In this document: positions 53,016-64,000 of the stretch, in pieces | How positions within the stretch are numbered: position 1 is the first letter of the stretch | Layout of the letters: the number at the start of each line of letters is the position of its first letter | Source of the DNA: Octopus bimaculoides | Taxonomy: Eukaryota | Assembly (NCBI RefSeq): GCF_001194135.2 | Contig: NC_068992.1 | Coordinates: 11,077,537-11,141,536, forward strand | Direction of reading: 5' to 3' | Length of the DNA stretch: 64,000 nucleotides | Made by a program: the position numbers and the translations under genes | The notes under the pieces: model-generated | Seen by the model: only the letters and a program-made list of their open reading frames with translations | Told to the model about the DNA's origin: nothing | Databases searched by the model: none

Positions 53016-55129
53016 GATATTATTATTATTGTTATAATAATAATAATAATAATAATAATTATTATTATTATTATCATTATTGGTAGTTTAGTTGAAGAAT
53101 TGCTTGAATACTTGACTAAATCTCTAGCAATATTTGGTTTTATCTTTTAATGCCCTTCTCAAATCCTGCTGAAGTTAACTGAGCTTTTCATTCCTCCTGG
53201 GCTGGTAAAATATATATTATATATGTCCTTTATATTCCTTGCAAAATTTTTAGCCTTGTACTACTGTAAGACACAATTGACATCGTCATCATCATCATCA
53301 TAGCTATTATAGAATTATGTTGTTGTCTGACTGAGAAAATATTTTCTTGTTAAATCTTTGTGAAGTTTAATAACCAGTTTTGTGCTAGACATGATCTTTT
53401 ATTATGTTCAGCATTAATAACCATTTTGGCATCATTATACTGAAGCTTTGGTTATTAGTTTTGACAGAGAGCATTGTGTATTCTATATATGCACCAAAAT
53501 ACACTCAACTAAAATCTAAAAGCTATTTTTTTCATTTGACTGGCAGGGCAGGGTGTAAAAATCCCTTTATGGAAATATTTTGACTGGTAAAGCATGTCTG
53601 TGTGGTGTCTGATTCAATCTGTTTGTGTAGTTTCTTGAGCGTTTGAGTGTTTTCTTTTATAACTTGAGGCTTCCCGATGCCTTGTGAATGCATTTAGAGA
53701 CGGAAACTGTGCAGAAACACGTCATGTATGTGTGTGTGTTTGTGTGTTAGTTTCTTTTTGTGATTTGTGTTTACATGGTACCATTTGACAACAGATATTT
53801 TATTTACATCCTCAAAATTAAGTGGTTTGGTAAAAAAACAAAAACATAGTCTGGTAGAATTAGTAGTAGTCTTAAAAAATATAATACTGAAGTGCAAAAG
53901 ACAGACTAATCCCTTCAAGGTGGCACCCTAGCATTTCCATAGTCCAATGATTGAGATTAGAAAAAGAGTAAAGGAGTCACAGAGCCCAGTTTATAAAAAA
54001 AAGGCACAAACAACATGCAAAACAGCTGCAATCAGTAATTTTCCCAAAAGTATTTGCTGCATAACTGAAAATGCAAGTGTTTCAGTAAGGAATGGAAACT
54101 AGCACGCAGATTCAATTTTTCAGGAAGTTTTACCTCCTACTATGTGATTCTCAAAATTTAATGCAAATATCATAAATGTCTTTTGTGAAAACGCCTACAA
54201 TGAAGGAAGAGGAAGGCTGATGCAATCCCCTTTGATGTTAGTAAAAAAAAAATGCAATATTGTTAAAAGATTTTTAAAGCAAACTTAAGGAACACAACAA
54301 GCTAATTAAGTTGTATTAATAGCTAAAACTAAAGGAAAATATAAACAAAAAGTATGAAGAAATATTAGTTTTTAGTACCTCTGTTTAAACAAAACTTGCT
54401 TATTAAACATTTAAAAGAATTTATTAGAAGCATACAATTATCATGGAAAAAACAAACACTATGCTAACTTGTTCTCTGTATTCTATGGGGAAAGGAAATG
54501 TTGTGTTGTACATATGTAATTAATATTTTGGTTCAATTTATGTAGCTATAGAAACAGCAATGAAATATTGCTAAATATCCATCTTTTGTGTTTTAATTAA
54601 TGTTCATTGCTAAGGAATAGAGGAAGATCTGTTGGTTGCTAAAGTAAATATTCATTTCCTGACTAGACACAGAGCTGGCATTTATTAAAAGGAATATTTT
54701 TTTTGGTGCTGATATTGGTAGTGGTTAATAACATAACTCAGTAGAAGTGTGAAGACACTACTGAAGTCTTTAGATTTCATGTGCTGACTCAAAGGAGTGA
54801 TACAAATATCTTCTCCAAGTTCAATGGAAATTTTCAAATCAGAGCTGAAAGCTAACAAAATATTCATTAATTATTTTTGCACAGCTACCACCTTGATAAA
54901 GGCAGGTAGTTGCTTCGATATTGGGTTCATAGTCATTACATCATGGGCTTAATTCTCAAACTGAGAGACACATTGCATCCTTGCGCAAGGTACTGCATTT
55001 TGTATTGCATCAATCTACTTAGCTGAAAAGGTGTGCCCGCAACAGCTTGCTGAAGTGATCAAGTGATGGGCTGGGATCTCTTTCGAGGAAGGATCATCTA
55101 CTGTCGAATGTAATGCTTGCTTTTTATAT

Positions 55130-55302
55130 GGTTTTGAATTAATCACGTATTGTCTTGTAACTTCAAGATTTTGATGATGTGCTTGTATGACTTTAGAATG
55201 ACATTGTAGAGTAGGAGTGAGAGGCCAGATTCGGCTGGTTTGAAAATAAAAGAGGTAGTGTATTTGGACCAGATGTGGCTAGTTTAAATGCTAAAGGGTT
55301 AA
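55130..55302. mobile_element. TTAA-flanked MITE, family 2, partial inverted copy
   Basis: Ends AAATGCTAAAGGGTTAA and is reverse-complement similar to the first part of 11532-11758. Confidence 0.6.
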
Positions 55303-56960
55303 TGAGTTCCACATAAGTTTGAATCACTTCCTAAGGGTGTGTTATATGTCCAGTGACACTGCTGATGCCTTGATTGTTTGCATGATATCCTGTTGACTTG
55401 ATAGCAATCTTCTTTTTACTGAAGTGCTACAGCTGGCTGACAGATTATGCCAGAGTAAAGAACCAGAAATACATGTCCATGACTGTCCTTTTATCGCTAG
55501 ACAATAAGGCTGTCTCTTTCCTTTACGGCATGTCAGCTTTGGAGAAATTCTTGACTGCTGAGATTATCTCCCCTTCTCAAGTGGCACTGGTCTTAATTGC
55601 AATTTTGTAGTATTGATACATCTTCTAGAAGTGGAGATAAGTTAAATTGCCAAAACTTTATGTTGTATGATATTTTATACACCTGTATTTGTCATTCTGA
55701 GTTGTACCTCTTAACTCATTTTTGTTTAAATTATATAAATTATTCGTACTTCAATGAACTCAGTGACCTCAGACACACAAAAACAGCAAGAAATAATTGA
55801 ATAGTTAATGCTTTGAAGCATTTCAACGAATTCTTTATCATTTTGGCCATCTCCACTCTTCTAATAACTGTAAATATTGATTTTCATTTTACAAAGATCA
55901 AATATTCTATCTACTTATGAAAGAAGGAAATATAAGTTGTGGCATTCATGCCTTTCCCAACAACATTAGAAAAGTAGGTAAAATGAATTGGTCTCGTCTA
56001 AAACTAAAGAAATAATCCAAGCTCTGCTCACTTGTGTCTATATACATACATATTGTTGCAGGCAGGCAGCCAGTCTTTAAATTCTTCTCACCAAAAGGGT
56101 TTTCCAACCAAATATTTACATGCTATTATCTGTAGCTTTGTGTTCTTCAAGATCCAGTGTTCCAAAGGAGAATTATTTTTCCTTCTCTCAAACATTTTTA
56201 TGCATGTTTGTGTGTGTGCATGTATGTGTGCAGTGCATGTGTGTGTGTGTGTGTGCATGTATGTGTGCATGTGCATGTGTGTGTGTGTGCATGTGTGTAC
56301 ATGTGTGTGTGTGTGTGTAAGTGTATATGCATATGTATTGGTAAAAATTTGAGAATAACAATGAACCCATTCGCAGGAATTGAACTAAGCATCACAAACT
56401 TATATTCTCTTTGGAACAACGGCTTCTAAATGTATATAACTTAATTCTTCTCTCTATTAAAAGATAATCTTAGTCATATATCAATTATTCATTCAATAAT
56501 AGATGTGTGCATGTATGTGTGCGTGTATATATATATACACACACACACATACATATACACGCATATATATGTATGTTTATGTATTTATATGTATGTGCAT
56601 GCGTGTGTGTATGCATGTGTGTTTGTTTCTGCATTTAAAATGTTAATCGTTGATTAACTTCTGCAAAATATTTCGAAAAATTAATTTGCCTGTGTTTAAT
56701 GAAGTGTATAATTAAAACTATGAGAGCTGTACACATCTACTTAAGTAGTGCTGTAGAATTAAGAAGGAGGCTTCGGGGACAAATTTCTTTTGTTTGGATT
56801 ATTTCCAGAAAATGTGGAAAAAAAAGAGTAAAAAAAAAAACAGAAAGAAAGAAAAATAAATGAAAAATAAAGAAATTAATATAAATTTAATTCATATTAA
56901 ATAACTGTGAATGTCAACAAAAGTTTTTGTGTTTCTTGAAATAATGATAGCAGTAAAGAA

Positions 56961-57039
<79 letters not shown>

Positions 57040-57390
57040 TATTTTAGTAAAAATAATTTCTCCTACCTGAATGGGTGGATGATGTTGAATCTGGAAATAA
57101 AAAGGGAAAAAATAAATGTTACTTATATTGTACCAGTGCAAAGAATGGTTTTAGACTTATTGTAATGCAAGAAGTCAAACAATGAATTTTATTTATCAAA
57201 AGTATCTGTCACTGGGTGTACTTTAACTTCAGTGGTTGTGAAAGACTAGAAAAAGTGGAATAGTACACCTGCAATCAGGAACTAAAAGATCAGGTGAGTC
57301 ATATTACCGGAATGGTGAATAGGTATTTAAGCATCTTCTTCCTTATTTCTCTGTTACACCCTCACACACACGCATGCACGTGCATGCAAA

Positions 57391-57423
<33 letters not shown>

Positions 57424-57579
57424 GGAAGTATCCTCCCAAATGCCAATGACACTCTGTCAAGTGGTTGGCATTAGGAAGAGCAACCAACCATAGAATCCAT
57501 GCCAAAGCAAACAATGAAGGTGCAGTCATCTGGCTCACCAATTCCAGTCAAATCATCCAATGTTTATATACATATTTTT

Positions 57580-57805
57580 TAATTCTTTTACTTGTTTCAG
57601 TCATTTAACTTCAGCCACACACACACACACACACACACACATTAGACTGCTTCATTTCAGTTTCCATCTCCTAAATCCATTCACAAGGCTTTGGTTGACC
57701 AGAAGCTATAGTAGAAGACACTTACTCAAGGTGACACACAGTGGGACTGAACCCCAAACCATATGGCTGGGAAGCAATCTTCTTACCACACAGCCACTTC
57801 TGCAC
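57580..57805 (-). mobile_element. SINE S1 with the middle deleted
   Basis: The 3' block (CTTTTACTTGTTTCAGTCATT) is joined through (CA)n to the 5' block (...TCTTACCACACAGCCAC). Confidence 0.8.
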
Positions 57806-58120
57806 CTATTATATATGTGCATGCGTGTGTGTGTGTACACGTGCACACATATGTATGTGTGTGTGTATAATGAGCTTGTTACCATATTCCATATATGATA
57901 AACATGTGCCTTGGATGGGTGATGCTGTTTAGCACTATTGACATAAGTATGAAGGGTGAGAAATGAATGTTGTGATGTTCATAATCTGATAATAATGGTT
58001 AACGACACAAGTGGAATTGAAATGAAAATCTGGCTGCAAGAATACTTTCACACTGTTTCATATTTAGTTCTCCAGGGCCCTGCATGTTAAACAAAATAAA
58101 GATTACTAAGCATGCATGGG

Positions 58121-58157
<37 letters not shown>

Positions 58158-58436
58158 TGTATTCGTATAGATGTTTACAATTGAATATCAGTTTCTTTGA
58201 ATTTATGAAAATTTCTATACTGTACAAGAACATTATGAAATACATGATGCTCACACATGCACTCTTGCATGTGTGCACACTTAATCTCTCAATATATATA
58301 TATAAATACATACATATATATATATATATTTATATATATATACATACACACACATACATATATATACACATACATACACACACATATATATATATATATG
58401 CATTAATGTATCTCTCTTTCTTACTCTCTCTCACTA

Positions 58437-58472
<36 letters not shown>

Positions 58473-61409
58473 ATATATGCGTGTGTGTGTGTATAACTAT
58501 ACATAAACACATATATGCACATCTATTCAAGGAAAATTCTTTTCACTAAAAGACGGTTCCAAATATAGACTGCATCATGGTTTTGTTTTCCAAAATAGCA
58601 ATCCACATTGAAATCATGAGAAAGTTGTTATTAGAAAATGAAATGAAAGTTTATCAAGAGAACTAACTTGCAGGAAATTGAAAGCTCAATAGTATAGAAT
58701 GTGATTTCTGCTGTTGCTGCTGCTGCTACTACTGCTACTACTACTGCTAATTCTATTCAATGAGTACAAACGAGCTATATTGCTTAAGGTTGCTTATATC
58801 ATGTAGTAGAATCAGTGGCCACAAGCTATGGCTAATCAATTGAATATTGTTGGAATACTGACTGAAATGTGGGAATTTTTATGCCCCCACCCCATTACTA
58901 TTCATTTTATCCATGGTTAAGACAGGTTTTTCTGGTTTATTCTACAGAGCTGTATATACATACAGTAGATAGAGAAGCAAAACGGCAAAAGTTCATATGT
59001 GTGTAAAACAGTCAATTGAAACAGCCCCAGTATATGACAGTTATTTTTATTGCTCTTGGACAAAAAAAAAAACTAAAAATAAACCACATAAAAACAAAGT
59101 CTTCAAATACTTTTTTAAGTTAGGAAAGAAGGCTTGACACTTTATAGAGATTCTGAGAGTCGAGGGAGGAGACCAAGGTTGGATTCTGTCCCATACAGGC
59201 CCTAAGCCTTTAAGAGATTTATGTGTACCACTATATATGTAATTCAAAATATATACAATAATTAACCATAAATGAATTTTTCTATTCTCCAAAATGAAAC
59301 AAAACTAACTGTAAGTCAGAAAATAATGTTTATTTTTGTATAATTCCACTTTATTCATATTTGTAAAGTTTTCTCCTCCTTTTTGTAAATGAAAAGTTTT
59401 CGATCAGATCTTCAAATTTAATCTTATGTAACACATCTACTTCTATACTTAGTAGAGATAAAGCATCTTGAATATTATTTCAGCAAGTTTAAAGTGATTT
59501 CTTTTGTGCTGCAAACCATTTACCATTTCCATGGTGTCCTCCCCTTCCCTTGATGCTCTAAGCATGTGTTTATTTAGCTGAATGGTTAATCCAGTGTTGG
59601 TGGAGGGAGAGGAAGTACTCTCAAACCAGAAACCTAAAGATTTAATGAGTGGTAGATTAAGTGAAACTTGAACTTGGAACACAAAGAGTTGGAACAAATA
59701 TCACAAAGCATACAGTTCCATCATATCCACTGCCATGGTTTGGAAGATTTCTATTGACTTTGGAAAGATGAAAAGCAATGCTGACCTTGGTGAGTTTACA
59801 ACTCAGAGGCCATGAGGTATCATAATTGACATGGTAGCAATAGCTCCACTAATTTGCCACTGATGCATTGAAGTGATTCTTATGTGTACAAGTGTGTAAA
59901 GCAGATTCCACCAACTTTATCATTAGTCTGTTATTCTTCTGCATTGTATGCTATAATTCTACTTATTGAACTTTCTCCCACTCAAATCTCATAGACTTTC
60001 AAGTTGATCAATCAAGCACATTATTTTATTTTTAACCTTGTCTAAGATGACACAATTTTTTTTTTTATTTTGTGTTTATTTTGCTAGAATCCAGCAGTCT
60101 TTTTCAGTCTATCGACAATATAAAGCTGAAGTAAATTCGAAAGTTAACATTTTCTTTCTTGCTTTTAACACAATAGACTAGCTACGTCTTAAGTCAACAT
60201 ATCAGAACACTACATGGGTGGCATCAGACATCGTTAGAAGCAAGAAATAGCGATGAAATACTTGCTTCTAATGCAAGAACTCATTGATTCTTAAAGTTGG
60301 AATATTTTAAATACACTAAAGTATTATTGATTTTCCTTCCAAACAGTGAAGAGGATTTGTCAACTTTTAACTATTTCCATATATTTTTGAATATTAGAAA
60401 TGCATTAAAATAATATTTAAAAATAGATAACAAAAGACACAATACAATAAGAGTAATTGGCTTAAGATATTCTTTCCACTTGCATAATTTAACATAAATA
60501 TTTCTATTACTCTTTATTTGTTGTTCTTTTGTTCCGAAAATAACTAAGAAACTAATACTCGTATCTTTTACAACACTAATTGCAGATGCTTTGTGTCTGA
60601 AAGAGTTATCCCATAATGAGAAATTTTATTCAGTTTTTGGTTTTCTAATAATACTGTCCATTACAAAAATTGGTGTTACTTAGGTTTTGAGTAGTGTGAA
60701 TAATGATATCTCTCATGAGAAATAATAAAAAAGAAAAGAAAAAAAAAACAATGACAATAAACTGAACAATTTCTGAACAAGCAATAGTTAATACTTCATA
60801 AATTTAGCCTTGCTATATGAGGTCTATACAATGGTAACGTTGTTAAATATTTCTAAAATTATTAATCTGTCTCTGTTTCCTGACATCCATCAGTTTTCGT
60901 AATGTTACATCATGCATGTTTGATAAATAGAAAATTATTTCTATTGACTAGGCATTAGGTTAATTTTCTATGAGGAACACTGTTGATTGAATAATTGGAT
61001 TTGCTCTGGTTTGTTATTGATACATATTTTATTGATCCTAGATTGATGACAGGCAAAGCTCACCAAAACAGGACTTAACTCGGAATATTGAAGTACATAT
61101 CTAAATAATTTAGCTGAGTCATTTAGCAGGGTGCTATAATTCTTTCTATCATCTCACTCCCAAATTTCTATACTGTTAACTATAATAACATACATTAGCC
61201 AGAAATATGTCTAAATGATTTGAAAATTGATGAACTGTGAACATCAACTCAGTTATTGATGTAAAGCCACAAATGTTGAGAAGGGATATAGTGAATTGAA
61301 TTAAGCTCAGTGCATAACTGGTTCCTACATCGATTTTGCAATGGTAAAAAAATTTCATAGTGTTACATTTGCAATATGAAAAGGTAACAATATCAGATGC
61401 TATCAAATG

Positions 61410-61515
61410 TGGTGAGCTGGCAGAAATGTTAGCATGCCGGGCAAAATGCTTAGCAGTATTTCGTCTCTCTTTACATTCTGAGTTCAAATTCCGCCGAGGT
61501 CGACTGCCTTTCATT
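61410..61515 (+). mobile_element. SINE S2, 3'-truncated, fused to (TAT)n
   Basis: GGTGAGCTGGCAGAAATGTTAGCATGCCGGGCAAAATGCTTAGC...GAGTTCAAATTCCGCCGAGGTCGACTGCCTTTCATT runs directly into (TAT)n. Confidence 0.85.
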
Positions 61516-61529
61516 TATTATTATTATTA

Positions 61530-61594
<65 letters not shown>

Positions 61595-62070
61595 TTTCTG
61601 TAATATTTAATCTACTTAACCTGATTAATCTGTAAGAAAAGATCTTCCTATCCAATATAAATTTCCAACATTGGCACAAGACTGATTTTAGACAAAAGGG
61701 AGAAACGGGCAAAGGATTCAAAACTCAGCATGTTAGTAGAATTCGTTGAAAGGGTCATTTTTGGAGCAAAGAAAAGTAAAGTTGAGCCTAACAGAATTTG
61801 AATTAACCTCTTTCATGATTTTGCTCATATTTAACATCATTAACAAATTTACAGCAACATAAAAGAAACTATTTCTTAGATTATTAAATACAACTTTAAA
61901 AATTCTCTCCCTCAACCCTTGAAAAATAGATTTATATTTCAATTTAGTTCAATGAAACATTTATTTATGACAAAAGAATATAACTATAAATGTATACATT
62001 CTTACATGCATATAGGCAAATGTATCTATATGCATACTTATGCATATACACAAGTATTTGTATGCAAATG

Positions 62071-62102
<32 letters not shown>

Positions 62103-62332
62103 ACATGTGCATGTCCATAGAAATGCATACACATATTCATATAGAAATACATTTACAGTCTTATCAACGTTTTTTCTTATTAAAAGCACTGCACACATAT
62201 ATAGATTCTGCAATTCTCTTTCATTTAACTGCACATTAGTTTGCACAGTGGTGCATACATACATACACACACATACAAAGACACATATATGTGTGCATAT
62301 ATATATACACACACACACACACGCATACACAC

Positions 62333-62406
<74 letters not shown>

Positions 62407-62839
62407 TAGCATGGAAAGCGGGCGTTAAACGATGATAATGATGTATATATATATATATATTCTTATGTATATACATACATACACATATGTACACACACAA
62501 ACATATATTTGCTACCTCCTTTACTACCACTGACAGACTTAAGGAGAGCTGTTGGTGGATGCATAGTAAGGAAAATTATATGTCACTATTAACTGCTTGC
62601 AGTCAAATTCTTTAATATCCATTTCTGTAATTTCATTTCTCAAATTTATATGTATTATATTTTTTGGTGAATGAGAGACAGAAACCATGAGTGGAAAGGA
62701 GAGATCGAGAGAGAGAGGAAGTGCAAGCAATGATTCTGTACAAAAGAGATTGGTGGATAGCATATGTGGAATATTGAGCATGTAATATACACTCTTATCT
62801 AAGCCTCTATGTACATTGTTAATGATATTTGTGAAAGCT

Positions 62840-62950
62840 TGTGGCCTAGTATTCAGGGCATTATGCTCATAATCACTAGGTCTGGTTTCAATTCCTGAAC
62901 TGGTGGCACATTGTGTTCTTGAGCAAGCACAACGTTTCAGGTTTCCTGCC
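62840..62950 (+). mobile_element. tRNA-derived SINE of a third head type
   Basis: GTGGCCTAGTATTCAGGG...GGTTTCAATTCC...TTGTGTTCTTGAGCAAGCAC carries A/B-box-like and CORE-like motifs. Confidence 0.55.
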
Positions 62951-64000
62951 AAGCCCTCTCTCCTTTAATCTATCACAGCTTTGATATTTTGCTTAACCAA
63001 GGCTAGGAGGGCCATGAGGGTGTTTGTTTCTGATCATGACTACATAGGTAAAAGTATGGTATTGAGCCAATGGTTCCTTCTCACAGAAATATTAACTAAA
63101 CTCTATTCAAATTAAAATTTATATTCACCAGATTTTAAATAAACTGATAAACCAAAAACTTAGAAATATCAACCTTTGCTGCTGCTGCTGCTATTCATCA
63201 AGTCATCATCTGATGCTGTTTGTTAATATTACCTTTGCTATCATCTGTCATTATTATTATCATCAACAGCAATCACCACTGTCATTATTGTTATCGTTAT
63301 TACCATTTCTGTCATTACTATCTCATTATTATTACCATCTTTGTAATCATTATTAGCATCAATGTCACCACAACATCATTAGCAGCAGCCACAGCATCAT
63401 CACAATCTCTTGTGTAACAGACTTCATAAACTGACTTGTGCAGCCTCTCTAACTACTTCATTCTCCTGTCATCAAACAGAATTATATATTTAGTTAAATT
63501 GCTTGTGTAAAATTCCAAATGACTCAAATTATCTCAACTGAAGAAAATTTTTCTTCATCTGTTTTTAAATTTATAATGCCTTCTCGTTAAGAATAAATAA
63601 CAGTTGATATCAGGTTTCCAACAATTTGTTCAAAGCAGTTTAGCCAAGATAGGAAAAAAAAAAAGAAAAAACACTTACTCTGAATATCGAACATAAAGTA
63701 ATTTTAATTAAAAGTAAAACTTACAATGACATGGCTGTTGAATAGTTTAGTTTCTTAATTTCATAAACTGTTCAAAGATAAGGTACCTATGTTTCAGACA
63801 AAATTTTTGTCTTGTTTTTGTTGTTGTTGGGGAGTGAATCCTCATTCCATGAAAGCAAAGAGATAGTAGAGATTGACAGGAAATGACAGAGAATTAGTTG
63901 CTGCACATGCATAGGGGGAAACTAATCAAAGAAAGAAAATAAATAATTTCAAAGGGCCACACAGAGAATGTTCAAGTGCCTGCAGCCTGATTCTGGCCAT

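Noticed and set aside
55398-55610. 70-aa plus-strand ORF
   Set aside because: No motif, no splice support, and length within chance expectation.

Overview
AT-rich, repeat-dense eukaryotic DNA from a gapped draft assembly with ten N-runs. The SINE, MITE and microsatellite content suggests a cephalopod, probably Octopus; this is an inference from repeat motifs and was not checked by a search. The only well-supported coding sequences are two paralogous minus-strand exons, 42197-42490 and 28406-28687. Each encodes one complete Ig domain resembling the second Ig domain of Dpr/ZIG-8-type neural surface proteins. Both are symmetric phase 1-1 exons with the same TAT G|GT donor junction, and a 36-nt phase 1-1 T/P-rich linker exon lies downstream at 8211-8246. 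No Ig1-type exon is visible in the almost gap-free 13.5 kb between the two Ig exons. They may therefore be duplicated cassette, tandem or mutually exclusive exons of one large gene, which is the most interesting feature of the window. The remainder is tRNA-derived SINEs (at least two families), RTE-LINE remnants and RTE-type tails, two internally deleted Tc1/mariner copies, TTAA-flanked and hAT MITEs, a possible Penelope-type terminal repeat with a degenerate hammerhead core, several palindromes and templated insertions, and many microsatellites. Almost all ORFs in the supplied track are microsatellite or gap artefacts. All coordinates and translations were worked out by eye.
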